From NCBI RefSeq assembly GCF_009914755.1, contig NC_060929.1: a stretch of DNA of 64,000 nt; one strand, given 5' to 3'. The stretch is from the human T2T-CHM13v2.0 reference genome, Homo sapiens. The notes beneath the pieces are model-generated. The model did not search any database. It worked only from the letters and a program-made list of their open reading frames with translations, and had not been told where the DNA came from. This document shows, piece by piece, positions 13,012 to 26,686 of the stretch; positions within the stretch are counted from its first letter, which is position 1; each line of letters begins with the position of its first letter. The translations under genes were made by a program, and so were the position numbers.

Positions 13012-16000
13012 TATCACTATTGAGTTACTTTTGACTTATTCTTAAAGAAACTCATATTAATTAAAAATCCTATAACTCTCTTCCTGTCATTGGTAAAATT
13101 AAGACAAAGCATTACTCTGTGGCTTATGGGCTGCAGGTATTCTTGGATTCATGACTGGAGTACTTTCACAGTTGGGCCCTGCACCTAAGATGGTGCATTT
13201 CACAGAATAGGTACTCATTTTGTTGGGCTGAAATAAACAAATGTGTGAATGAATAAATGGATTGAAATGTTCTTGATCCAAGCTGGTGCTTGCTTCTGAC
13301 AAGATAAGGCAGGGGAGTAACATGCCCCTCTTCAGGGGCAGAATGCCTTCTTTCTTTTGTTTCCCCTCCTTGTGTTTCCTGTTCCACCTCCTGGAGATAG
13401 GGGAGTTGAACAAGCATGGTGGCCAATAGAGCCTAGCCATTTTGACTCCAGCCAGAAGCAGACAGGAGAGTTTCCCCCTTCCAGACTTGCAGACCTGTAG
13501 AAGTCTGAGGAAACATTTCTCTCTACGAGGAAAGCTACCTGGCTTCCCTTTCCCAGACACACAAATAACCCACCAGCTACCATCCATTCCCCTGTAGAAG
13601 AATAGCACCCCTGCAAGCTCACTGTCTGTGTTTACAAGAGAGAGGCCTTTCCTTGTACACAGGAGTGGATGGCAAAGGACGAGGCTTCATGAAGACTTCG
13701 TTGTGGGGTCCGATTTTCTTGCCTATGTCATTATACTTCACTCTGATAATTCTGCAGCATAAAGGCTGTATCTGAATAAAGTGACAGTTTTCCTTGTTTA
13801 GAACTATGTCTAATGTTACGTTTTCTTAACTGCCAGTGCTGGTCTGTGAAACACAGTGAGTCTTTCAATGTACTTTGGCAACAGCTTTTCCACTATTCCT
13901 GTATTTCTTCCGCCATTGCTTTCTCATCATCGATACAGATGTCTCTATATTTTTGCCAATTTATTTGATGGTGTGTTAACAACTGTTCTAAACAATTATG
14001 AATCTATTCTCTTTTAGTTTTCACGTCAAATACTTTATTAAGCAATAAATCAACCCCGGGAAATAGATTATGTAATAATCTGCAAACATCTTTACTCATT
14101 TTTCCACGAACCATAAAAATTTCATATATCTCTGCCTAATGACTAATTTTTCAAGTATGTTCAGAGGACATTGTTCCTGGTATTGACTTACTAGATGATG
14201 CTAGTAATTGCATTTTTTGTGAACCTACTCATTCTTTATAGTTACTGCCTTATTAACTGTTGGTGTTCAATGAGCTTATCTCTAGAATCATGCTGTGGTC
14301 TTTCATGTGCAGTGTTGTAACTTAGTTTCAGAGATCTTTTAAAAGGATTATTAATGTTAGAGCAACTGATAAGTCAAAATTTTATGTGTGTAAATACTTT
14401 TCAACTTTATTATGCTATTTCACTTGTGTCTCCCTCTGTGACATACATGCTTAGATCTACCAATGGGGCTCTCATCTCCAAAACATTAACCTGTATTTTC
14501 ATCTTTACAAATTTTTCCTAGCCACACAGCCTAAAAAGCAACAACTCCACCAGTGCCCCCTGACTGAGGGATTCAGAGCCTCAAGTTTCCTCCAACATTT
14601 GTATACCGTCACTGTATCCCCAGAAAAAGTAAAATAATCCTCCTGATCTGATGGAATCACAAGTGAGTTAGCCTTTAAGTAGTTGACTTGACTTTAAAAA
14701 GCACACCGAGTCACAGCATTGGCATTGCAGCTGGGACATATAAAAAGCTTGGAAGCTGTCACTCCCATCCGCAGAAGAATAGTGCTGAACAACCTGAAAA
14801 CCAATGATTTTCCTTAGACTCATCAGAGAATTGGGGTCACAGGGCAAATTGTCGCTGTGAAATCTAGAGAGACAAGTGAATACAGAAAATTGCAGTCAAG
14901 ATCAGCTTATCTGGAGTAAAAGCTGCTGGAGCCATAAACTGATAGGAACACTGATAATCTATAGTCTATACAGTTGGAGGGCACACAAAATCCAACTTTA
15001 AAACTTGCTATAAAACCACAGTAATCAAGGGAGTGTATTATTGGAAAAACAATTGATACATATATCAATGGAATAGGATAGAGAGCCCAGAGATAGACCC
15101 ATGCAAACATATTCAATGGATCAAAGCAAAGATGATCAGAGCAAAGATGATTCAATGGAGAAAGATGGTCTTTTAACAAGTGGTGCTGGAATACTTGGAC
15201 ATCTATATGCAAAGAAGTAATCATACTTTACACATGTCACAAACACAAACTCAGAGTGGATCATATATTTAAATGTAAACTGCAAAACTGGAAGATAACA
15301 TGGGAGAAAATCTAGGTGACCTTGTGTTTGGTAACTAGTTTTTAGAAACATCACGAAAAACACAATCCAGGGAAGGAAAAATGGATATATTGAACTTAAT
15401 TAAAAGGAAAAAAATGTACTTTGGGAAAGACTAAAAGAATCACCATTAACAGAATGAAAAGAAAAACTACAGCCTGGGAAAACATATATGCAAAAGACAT
15501 ATTTGATGAACAACTTGTATCCAAAATATACAAAGAATTCTTAAACTCAATAATAAAACAATTCAATGAAAAAAGGGAAAAGATCTAAATAGATACCCCA
15601 CCAAAGAAGATATAAAGTTGGCAAATAAGGATATAAAAATGTTCAGCATGATTTGTCATTAAAGAATCACAAGTTAAAACAACAAAATACAACTGCACAC
15701 CTCTTAGATGCCTGCAATTAAAAAAAAATACTGACAATACCAAATGTTGGTGAAGATGTTAAGCAGCAGAAATTCTCATTAATTGTTGGTGGGAATGCAT
15801 GGTACAGCATTTTTAAAGACAGTTTGGCTGTTTCTTACAAAGCTAAACACAATCTTACCATAAGGTTCAGCAATCATGCTCCTACCTACTTACCCAATTG
15901 GTTGAAGACTTATATCTATGCAAAAAACCTGCGCATGAATATTTTTGGAAACTTTGCTAATAATCACGCAAAACTGAAGCCACCAAGATGTTTTTCAGTA

Positions 16001-17127
16001 GTTAAAAGAATAAACAAATGGTGGTATATCCATGCAAAGGAATATTACTCTGGGATTTTTTTAAAAAAGGGCTTTTAGGCCACAAAAAGTATGGAAGGAA
16101 CTTAAATGCATATTGAAAAAAAAAGCAGTTTGAAAAGGCTGCATACTGTATAATTCCAATTTTGTAACAGTTTGAAAAAGGCAAAACTGTAAAGGCAGTA
16201 GAAATATCAGTGATGGCCAGAATTCAGGGTAAGACTGTGATGAGTGGAGATGAATAGATGTAGCACACGGGATTCTTAGGATGTTGAAGCTATTCTGTAT
16301 AATACTGCAATGGTGGATATATGACATTAATCATTTGCCAAATCCCTTAGAAATTTACAACCCAGAGTGAACCTTAATATGTGTGAATTTTTAAAATAGT
16401 TTAGGAATTCAGGGATCCCAGGAATGAATACAGATAATGATAAGATAATTACACTGTATAACAAATATCTAAAACAATCTCATTGAAGTTGGTAAGGTAA
16501 AAGTTGCTGACCTAAGTACCTATGGACATAAATAGAGTCTGTTAGACTAAAGACAGAGAGAACTACTCAAAAGGACTGTACTCTAGTTGATAAAATACAG
16601 AGATAGAACTTTATCAGAGATATAAGTTAGAAATTATGATACTTCTGTTCATGTTTTCTAGAATAATAGATGGATGGCAGATGGTGGCAGCTAGTTTTCT
16701 CACTGTTGGAGTGGGAATTTAGATAAGCAAGGGGAGGAAGCCAGAACACTTCCCATGGTAAAAATTCAGCGATGGAGACATCAGTAATAATTCATGTTTA
16801 AAATGATAAAGATGGTTATATACAGAAACATTGATTGATGTGTATATATACATGAATTAGATACATACATATATTTCTCTGCTCTGTTACCTGGAAGGTC
16901 CTAAAAGAAACGATACCGTAGTAACAACAATCACACCTAGTTCCTAGTGCCCAGATCTTGTTTTCTAGTGTCTTTATCCATTAAAAAGGAACCAGTACTC
17001 TTTAGAGAAGTGGCTGTTTCTAGTACTGGGGCAGGAAATATACAAGATGAGACTGAAACATCTTGTAATGCCAAAAAGTAATAAAGTGCTCAAGATAAAC
17101 AAATTAACAAGCTTTTTTTTTAACCTA

Positions 17128-17128
<1 letters not shown>

Positions 17129-17171
<43 letters not shown>
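17129..17171 (+). repeat. (CA)n microsatellite, ~21 units
   Basis: uninterrupted ACACAC run. Confidence 0.97.
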
Positions 17172-17172
<1 letters not shown>

Positions 17173-17331
17173 TGTGGAATATAATGAAAAGCATAGGTAC
17201 CAACTGAAAGAGCTTCCAATGGTCGAAGCAGGAAAATTTGAGTAACAAAATAAATAAATGGTGTTGAATTGTAACCCAAAATATAAAGCAACCATCCATA
17301 GAATTCATACTAATATAAATAAATTATTGAC

Positions 17332-17707
17332 TGATACGGTTTGGCTGTGTCCCCACCCAAATCTCATCTTGAATTGCAGTTCCCTTAATCCCCACATGTC
17401 AATGGGAAGGACCAGGTGGAGATAACTGAATCTTGGGGACAGTTTTCCCCATCCAGTTCTTGTGATAGTGAGTTAGTTGTCACGAGATCTGATGGCTTTA
17501 TAAGGGGCTTCCCCATTCACTAGGCACTCATTTCTCTCTCCTGCCACCATGTGAAGAAGGACATGTTTGCTTCCCTTTCCACCATGATTGTAAGTTTCCT
17601 GAGGCCTCCTCAGCCCTGAAGAACTGTGAGTCAATTAAATCTCTTTCCTTTATAAATTACCCATCCTCAGGCAGTTCTTTATCACGGAGTGAGAATGGAT
17701 TAATACA
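17332..17707 (+). mobile_element. THE1 (MaLR) solo LTR
   Basis: TGATACGGTTTGGCTGTGTCCCCACCCAAATCTCATCTTGAATTG...TAATACA; perfect 5-bp TSD TTGAC (17327-17331, 17708-17712). Confidence 0.93.
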
Positions 17708-18444
17708 TTGACTAAGTTAATATATTGGGGAGAAGACACAATTATTTCATGCAGAAAAATTCCAAAAATTATGTAGTTACTCCAACCTAAAGACGGAAGA
17801 GAATAACTTCCTACTCTTTAAGTGTAGGCTACACATAGTAACTTCACTCCAAAGATTGCAGAACAAAAAGTGGGAGAAAAATCATAACTTTACAGTGGAG
17901 AAACCTGAAAGACACTATTTCAGCCATATGATCAAAGTCAGTATTCATAAATCATAAATCATGTTGCTACTATGCAATCTTGATATGACGTGACAAAAAA
18001 ATTACTTTACGTTTGCCTTCCTGCTTCCCCAAACCCATAACCAGCCCCAGCTTAATGAGAAAAACATCAAATCCAGTAGAGGGGATTCCTACAACATGCC
18101 TGACCAATGTTCCTCAAAACTGTCAAGATCATCAAAAATGAGGAAAGTCAGAGAAATTGTCACAGCCAGGAGGTGCCTAAGGAGACAATGACAACTAGAT
18201 GTAATTTGGTACGCTGGATGGGATCTTGGAACCGAAAGAAGACATTAAGTAAAAATTAAGAACAATCTTAATAAACTGTGGAATTTAGTTAAAATAATGC
18301 ATCAATATTGATTAATCTGTTGGAACAATAGTCCCAAACTAATGTAAGATGTTAACAATTGGAGGAACTGGGTGAGGGTTGGGGGACATATGAAAACTCT
18401 CTTTACTATCTGGTTGATTTTTCTTAAATCTGAAAATTTTCTTT

Positions 18445-18751
18445 TGTTTTTTTGTTTTATTTTGTTTTGTTTTTGAGATGGAGTCTCACTCTGTAGCCAG
18501 GCTGGAGTGCAGTGGCACGATCTTGGGTCACTGAAACCTCTGTCTCCTGGGTTCAAGCAATTCTCCTGCCTCAGCCTCCTGAGTAGCTGGGACTACAGGC
18601 ACATGCCACCACACCCAGCTAAGTTTTGTATTTTTAGTAGAGATGGGGTTTCATCATGTTGGCCAGGATGGTGTCGATCTCTTGACCTCATGATCCGCCC
18701 ACCTCAGCTGCCCAAAGTGTTGGGATTACAGGCGTGAGCCACTGAGCCCAG
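18445..18751 (-). mobile_element. Alu (AluS-type)
   Basis: full Alu; perfect 15-bp TSD CTGAAAATTTTCTTT (18430-18444, 18752-18766). Confidence 0.97.
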
Positions 18752-19004
18752 CTGAAAATTTTCTTTAAAATAAAGTCTATTAAGAAAATGAGTATACAGA
18801 ATCCCCATTGTATACAATGTAGCTTCGAATTCTGCATTTTTATCTGTCATAAACAAACATTTCACAATATCATCAAAAATCGACTAATGTATATTAAGCA
18901 CATGTTAAGCTTAAGTGTAAGTTTCAGTGCTCATTGATAATGCTTTTAGGTCACAACATTCCCTCCCTCCTTATTACATCTTCCAGCTGGCTAGAGCCTT
19001 GCAT

Positions 19005-19515
19005 TTGTGAGGACTCCCTTGGTTGCAAGTTACAGAAATGCACTTAATCTAGCTATGGCAAAACTAGCTAACTTTTCTGGGATTTTGAAGGCTGGTGGCT
19101 TCAGCCTTGCCTGAACCTAGGAATTTTCACCATTATTATCAGAAATTATTAGACTCTATCTCTCATCTCTGTTATCTTCTGTCCTGGTTTAATTCCCAGG
19201 CAGGGTATCACCATGTAATGGCTAAAATGGTCAAGCCAGGCCAAAGTTGACACCGTATCTAGACTGTCAAGCTGTAATGAAAGGGCACTTCTTTCCTAAT
19301 AGTTCCCAAGAAGAGCTTTTATTTGTTCAGTTTGGATCACTTGTTCATCTATATGCCAGTTGCTGAATTTGATCCAGTGTTCCCTTAACCAAGCACAGAT
19401 GATGTGTCCCACCTCTAGATAGGTCCACTTGAACCACTAGACTGAGACAGACAAGGGAAATTTTCCAAAGGGCAAAAGAGGATCCTATTAATACAAGAAG
19501 GAAAAAAGGATGCAA
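19005..19515 (-). mobile_element. MLT1-type MaLR LTR relic
   Basis: GGTTGCAAGTTACAGAAATG start motif and TTTCCAAAGGGCAAAAGAGG end motif typical of old MLT1. Confidence 0.5.
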
Positions 19516-19539
19516 TGTGATTTATGGTAAGTGCTTTTT

Positions 19540-19965
19540 TGTGTGTACTTGAGGTTTGGGACCAAGTTGTATAAATTTGGCCTTTGGAGGGCTGGAGACT
19601 GAGTAGCAAAAGTCAGTCATGCAAATGTTGTATGCTTGCATGATGGATCCTTAAATTAAAACCCTGACACTAGGGTTCAAGAGTGACTCTCTGGTTGACA
19701 GCACTTTGCATGTGTTGCCACACATTATTGCTGGGAGAATTATGTCATCTCCATGTGATTCTACAGAAAGAAGAAAACTGGAAGTTTTTTTCCCCTTGGT
19801 TTCTCCTGGACTCTGCCCTGTGTGCCTTTTCCCTTCACTGATTTTAGTCTGATCATTTCGCTGTAACAAATTATAGCCATGAATATAACAGCTTTTTTTT
19901 TCAGTCCTGTGATCCTATCTAAGAATCATCGAGTTTGAGGATGGTCTTCTGACCTCTGATACACC
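19540..19965 (+). mobile_element. MER21-like LTR (3' part)
   Basis: CACATTATTGCTGGGAGAATT...ATAGCCATGAATATAACAGCTTTT...GAATCATCGAGTTTGAGGATGGTCTT. Confidence 0.7.
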
Positions 19966-20473
19966 AATATTTAAAAACTAGGATATTTTACATAGAAATC
20001 TGCAAAGCTGGCTTTTCTTGAGAAATCAGAATACTTCAGTAATCACTGCAAGTTCTAGTCACAGCAACAGCCTGATAATCTTTTTGGGAAGTTTTCTTTC
20101 TCCCATTGCAATATAGGCTTTGGAGGCTCTTCATCAATGTAGTTCACCTTTGAAATATCCATGTCAATAAATTCTAGTGTTACATCATTTTAGGCCATTT
20201 TTAATTTTCTTCACTTTTGTTATTTTTGCCTTTTGAAGGAATATTACACTTCTAAGTTATTAAAAGTAAATTTAAAATTTAGAAATTGTTAGAAGTTAAT
20301 ATGTAACTTCAGTTAAAATGTTTTGTTTATTAGAATATAAATAATAGAAGCCATATTCTTAGAGAATGTCACTATATGAAGATACACTTTCTACAGATAC
20401 AAGGGAAGCAGAATGAAATAATGATTGTCCCTATATGTAATTCCTTCCTTTCTTTGTGTTTTTATTTTTTTGA

Positions 20474-20773
<300 letters not shown>

Positions 20774-21239
20774 AAATATTCTAAAAAACATAAAAAAATA
20801 CTGAAACACTGAAACTCCTTTGTCCTACATCATAATCTTATTATCTTGCTTGTTCCTTCATAGGTAACTTTTTTATTATAAGTTAGTCTGTGGTCTTTCC
20901 ATTTGATTTTTAAACTTTTACCACATATGCATATATGAATGCATATGTATGATACAACTATTTTGTTTTTGAACTTCACATAAATAATATGCTGTAAATA
21001 TTATTCAAGTATTTGCTTTATTTTTAAACATTATTTTTCTAAGACTTGTCCATATGGATACAAGCAAATGTAGCAAGTACACTTTAATTGGTGGTGAATT
21101 CCATTATATGATTCTTTACCAATTCTCTTGGTGGTGGAATGTTTCATTGGCTGGACTCTTTTCCTTATTAGAACCATTGCTACTGCAATAATTATTATGG
21201 CTCAAATTTGAGTCCTAATTATTTGCCAGCCGTTAGTCT

Positions 21240-21420
21240 GAATTATACAAGTGCTCAACACATTTTATCCTCATAACAACTCCTAAGAGGTGGATATTGT
21301 TATTTCCATTTTTGACATAAGGAAACAGAGGCATGGACAGGTTAAGCAATTGTCTAAATTCATATAACTAAAAGTAGCAGAGCCAAAACTTGAGCCTAGA
21401 AGTCTTGATCTAGAGTACAT
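21240..21420 (-). mobile_element. MIR SINE
   Basis: ATCCTCATAACAACTCCTAAGAGGTGG..CCATTTTTGACATAAGGAAACAGAGGC MIR core. Confidence 0.8.
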
Positions 21421-21809
21421 GAAATTAATTGCCTTAGGAAAATCTCTGTGCATACGTGCAAGATTTTCTTGCTGCTTATGATCACTAATATCATGCATGA
21501 TATAAACTGGTTATCTATGTTTGCCAATAGCCTGAAGCCCAGGAGTCCTGTGCCTTCAGTCTACTTACCACATCAGGTTTTGCTTTATTTTTGCTCTATT
21601 ATCTTTTTTGAACATGACTATTTTTTAAATTTTTTTCTTTTATAATCTTAAACATTACATATTTGAGTAGAGAACATTCTCAAAACATGAATTTTAACAC
21701 CACCTATACCTTCAATTTTATTCATCTTCCACTATTGACCACCAAATATTTCTTAAAACTCTTTTCTCTTGTTCTGTTTACCCAGAATTCAACATGTCTT
21801 TCTCATCCC

Positions 21810-22250
21810 AAGACACTGTACAAGAAACAGGGCATAAAACAACAAATAAGGCAGAATTCCTCTCTCTGAGGGATTTACGAGGAAATTGGCCACATAAACA
21901 GCTAACTGGAATGAAATGTGATAAGTACTGACATAGAAGTATAATCATATGCTACAAGAATATACATGACAACTTATTTATTTTTATTTTAGGTGGAGCT
22001 TAGGAATGGTGACATATATGCTAGGAATTGAAAAATGAGTACAATTTTCTTAAACTTGGAGGAGAATGTGAACATATTTGGTGAAAGGGAGAAACATAAA
22101 TAATTGCCTGAAAGCCTGAAAGTTCACAGCATATTCAAGAATTAGCAAGTAGGACAGTTTAGATGTGGTACAGTGGATAACAGAAATTAGAAGGAAGAAA
22201 GAGGATGTAAAGCTCAGAAGATGAGTTGGCCAAAACTTTGAAGTGGCGAC
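21810..22250 (-). mobile_element. L2 LINE relic
   Basis: purine-rich degenerate L2 segment (ATTCAAGAATTAGCAAGTAGGACAG..). Confidence 0.45.
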
Positions 22251-24366
22251 TGGGTGGAGGGAACACAAAGGAGGCATAGCTCACTACCACCTCCCCAGTG
22301 GTTTTTATTGGTTTTGTGTGTAGTCTCACCTTACATATCACTTTTTCTCTTAATGACTTTTTACCACAATAGTCCTGGCAAACTTACATCACTTATAAGG
22401 CAATGATTATTTTTTCCAGTAGAATGACATTTTTTGTCTTCACATCTACTAAATAAGCATACTATCCAAAGTTATATTTCAACATTACTGTTTCAAGAAA
22501 AGGCGCACTCACAAATTTACATGCAATAGTTTCTAGTCAAAGAATATTATTATGTGGAACAAATTTAAAGTGCATGCTGTATTTGTATGGACGCGAATGT
22601 TTTGCTTTGCCTATGAATGCCAACCAAGAGAGATAAAGAAATATCCTCTTTTATTTTTCATTCTTGTACATGTGTACTATTTCTTCATGTTTTGAAGCAC
22701 ATATTTTTCTACCCAAAGAATCTACTAATCTTTTATCTTTATGTCAAAGCCTTCCATATCAGGTAGTTGTTTTAGAGCTAAAGTCTCAAGGGAAAGAGAA
22801 TTGTAAAGCTCATATGGTTCTGATACTAAATACCTGTCCAATATTAAAACACCTGACTTTCCACCACCTTCCAAAGAATGATCTCACAACCCTCCTCCTC
22901 CAGCCACTGTCTGTTATCAAGCTTTCTCCTCTTTCTTTGGAAATATAATAAAATTTCATTACATTGCTTTATATGTACAAATCTGTACATTGATTAATTT
23001 TTATAAGAAGGTTTTTGTTATTCAGTTGATATATGTATAGAAAACTGTTGCATATCTTAGATTAGCATGACACATTCCATATTTTTTATTTTATAACAAC
23101 ACATTCTATATGTTTTATTTAATAACTTTTCACTTAGTGACATTGTTTTCAGGGATAAGTTAAGGTCATTACAGAAGGAATAGATGCATTTGGATCCCAT
23201 ATAAAACCTCATTTGTAAGAGCACCACTAATAAAAAAAATTGCTGTCTGTTCTATAGATTGACATCATTATGCTTATTGTTCTCTGAGTCCAAGAAAATA
23301 ATTCAGTTCTGACTGATTAAGCAAAATCCTATATTTTAGTGGAAGAAAATACAGTATTGGGTATTTTATCAAAGGAAGTGCCAAGCAATCAGTCTGCAAG
23401 GATAAGAATGAGGGCCACTGGGAATCTCAGCAGCCAGAGACCCAAGACCATCTTGTTATCTGTACTGACATTCTTGTTTGCCTCACTCTTTTCTCCCCCT
23501 GCATCAGATTCAAATTCCAAGAAGAAATATCACATAGGCATATACTGGATTCTTCCTATACTTCAGTGATGACTTTGAATGGGAGACAGTTTTCAAAGGA
23601 AAAGTAGGATTTTTATTAACTGTAAAAATAAGGAAGATGTTCCATATAGGAAAAACAACACATGCCCACCAGATTCTATCAATGGCTTACCAGGACAAAC
23701 ACATGCGCACACACCCGCACATGCATTTTTCATTTTCCTCCATATATAAAACTTTAAAACTACCCTCAGTTGTCATAACACATCTATCACAAACAGAAAA
23801 ATGATCTCAGCACCATAAAGTAGATTAACTTGATGCTAATTTAATGCATTCAGTTTCAAGTCTGGAATCTCTAGATGATATATTTTCCTTGTTTCTGCAG
23901 CTGGTCATAAAACCTTACCAGCTATTTATGCCTTCCCTTCACAACTCTTTATATATGATGTTGTTCATGTCATTGTTTTTCTAAACACCTCTTAAGCAGT
24001 GCTAGTCTTCTGGTAAACATTCACATGGAACATAAATATTACTAGCCTTTATCTATTCTGAGAGTCCCATTTGAACAAACCATTAGCTAGTGCATAAGCA
24101 TCAGTTTAGAAACTCTTCTCAGGTTATTTTGCTTTAATAAGATAGCAGGTAACTCAAATATCTGCCCATTGGAAGTATTATCTTTTTCTACTATCTTCCA
24201 GGGCCATAACTGAGTAGGACTGTAATTCAATAGCAGTGTATACTATCTGAAAAACCATCCGAAAACCCAACCAGTTTTTCATCCTCAATTATCTATTAAT
24301 ATGGGATTAAAAAGAAGTGCATTTTTAAAGTGTTCAACATAACATAAATCTCTCAAGTTCTCCCAT

Positions 24367-24775
24367 GTGTCAGGCTGTCAGCTATTAGCCAAAATCATTA
24401 TTCTTTTGTTCTTTCTGAAATTATCTCTAGGCCATACTATCAGCTTCTTTTGTAGTTAGATGTGATCATATGACTATGTTCTGGCAAATGGAATGGAAAT
24501 AAAAATGATGGTTGCCATTTTAAGGCCAGGACATTTCAGAAGCATTTCTGCTTCTTTTGGAGTCTCTTTTCCCCACATACCACCATGTGAATGTAGAGAA
24601 TTCTAATGCCCTAAGGAATGGCAGAGATTCAAGAGGGAAAGATCCTGTATCTCTAACCAATGGTGTGGATGAATGCCATTATGCAGAAACACTCCTATTG
24701 GACTCCATACATAAAAATTCACTTCTATTGGGTTAAATGCCTGAGACCTTGGGATGTGTGTATTGTGCAGTTGAT
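24367..24775 (+). mobile_element. MLT1-type MaLR LTR
   Basis: TAGTTAGATGTGATCATATGACTATGTTCTGGCAAATGGAATG...TTCTATTGGGTTAAATGCCTGAGA. Confidence 0.6.
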
Positions 24776-24779
24776 ATTA

Positions 24780-25530
24780 GGCCTTGGATTGAGGAACACT
24801 AATGTCTTGCACGTGGCCCTTTCTACTATGGTGGCTTTGACATCATGGATCAGTGAGCCAGTGGAAAGATTCTACCAGTGGCCAAAGATATCCATCCAAG
24901 AATATACCAATAAGCTGTGAAAATAACAATTGGATGGGTTTGTTGTCCCATTGGCCTTGGGCAAGTTCTCTATTTTCCCACATGATCCCATAAGCCTCAC
25001 ACTGACTGTCAGATCATAGTCATTTTATGGGTTGCTGGAATTAAGGTTAGCTAGGGCTCAGTGTCAAATACAACCTAAAACGTTTTGGTAATTATTTTTC
25101 TTATTTTTCACAATGTAAACTACCTAGTGCTCCTTTGGGGGAAAGGTTGAGAAGAAAGACCAGAGAACATGTGTGTAGAATTACAGTCGATTTGTCATCA
25201 AGATGTGTGATTTTGTTTTCATCCAAGGCCCCTAAGTATAGAGAACTGGCTCAGATGCCATGACTGTGTTACAGATGACTCAATTTAGGTGTCTATGCTG
25301 ACTCCTCCATTTGATATGAAAACCATGGATGATATTCTGCCAGTAGACATTGGTAATTTGTAGTGGCCATTATCCATTTTCATTTGCTGGTGCCTGTGCC
25401 TTACTGATCATTTATTATTTTGAATTTATCCCTTCATGAAAATGATATATATTGTACTTTTGCCACCATCTGGACTTGGCCATCCCAGAGTTCCTACCAT
25501 GTGTACTCATATTAGAAACCCAATTATGAC
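24780..25530 (-). mobile_element. ERVL-class internal (gag/protease) fragment, heavily decayed
   Basis: my minus-strand translation gives PMGQQTHPIVIF..ILG and DIFGHW*NLSTGSLIHDVKATIVERATCKTL, aligning to recalled HERV-L PVGPRTHPVVIS..IIG / DILSSWQNPHIGSLTCGVRAIMVGKAKWKPL. Confidence 0.65.
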
Positions 25531-26609
25531 TGTGGATGTGATGTGATTATATGTTTATTGCAGCAGATATTTATTATGGAAAAATAAAGTTAGATTTTTT
25601 ACTAACATGGCTTTGAATTCTGAGAAATTGATATCTACTATAATAACAAAATTTATTATGTATTTTAAATCAGATTACTCAGTTAAATACTATTAATAAA
25701 ACTTTGTATGCTCCAGGCTTCCAGAAAGAAATATAAGGTTGGCTGCCATGGAAAAGCCTCACTTTGCTGATATTACTTGCATAGGTTTGTGACTCTTAAA
25801 AGGTCACCAATTTAAGTCTTATCTTCTCTAAATATTTGAGTAAAAATGAATATTCCAAGATGCTGTGAACCCAACACTCTGCCACTTACCTCCATGTACA
25901 TGTATACTCTATTATGGAATGCATGGAGGAAAGTTATAGACCCACTTGGAGGTTGGATAAAAAGGGTTTGAGGTCATTCCTAGTGCTTCTATTTTTGTAA
26001 GTTAAGTAAGGACATTGTCGTATGTCGAGAGTCAAAGGGTTGAGGAAGAATGTTGAATTTGAAAACAGTGATAAATGATTGAAACAGTTGCTCTAGGTAT
26101 TGGAAATAGATTAGATGGGTTAAATGACTGCAAATAACTCTTCTTTCCCACACAAATAAGAAATTATGAACTTGACTAGAATTGAAGTCAAATCTCATAA
26201 GGTCTATCTGTGCTCTGTCTGCTGTACCACACTGCCTGCCATAAGTACATTTTGCATATCTTTACATCTCTCCAGAGCTATTTAGTAGATAAAATGATGT
26301 TTGCTCTAGGTGTTAAGATGGATCTGTAATGATGGAATTTGAATAAACACTGTTTTTTCTGGAGTAATCAGAGAAAATAGTGAGGTGGAGGGAGGAAGTA
26401 GTTGCAGTACTGAAAGTAAAATGTAAACGCCTTACATAGATCTTAGAGTAAATAGCATTTACCAATGCAGCATGCAAAATCATAGTTTCTGTATGTTTTT
26501 CTCTAATGCTACATAAGAGTGGGAGAAATGCCATCAATGTATCAGATATTCAAAGACAAGGTTAAAGGATTCATTTTCCTGACAGTGAAAATATTCTACT
26601 ACATGTGTA

Positions 26610-26686
26610 TTAGGTTGGTGCAAAAATAATTGCGGTTTGGCCATTACCTTTAATGCCCAAACCGCAATTACTTTTGCACCAACCTA
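26610..26686. mobile_element. MADE1 (Hsmar1-derived MITE) hairpin
   Basis: TTAGGTTGGTGCAAAA...TTTTGCACCAACCTA palindrome flanked by TA dinucleotides (26608-9, 26687-8). Confidence 0.95.

Larger units (their letters stand above)
14720..18785 (+). mobile_element. old L1 (L1MC/L1MD-type): 5'-end-like segment joined to ORF2 C-terminus and long 3'UTR
   Basis: ORF2-like from ~14975 (AAAACTTGCTATAAAACCACAGTAATCAAG; ORF 15824-16078 ..INKWWYIHAKEYYS); 3'UTR GATGGGATCTTGGAACCGAAAGAAGACATT; ends AAAATAAAGTCTATT. Confidence 0.85.

Noticed and set aside
13099-13622. 169-aa minus-strand ORF with two overlapping ORFs
   Set aside because: No recognisable domain, starts at a GTG, runs through an L2-like (ATTC)n tail; consistent with a chance ORF
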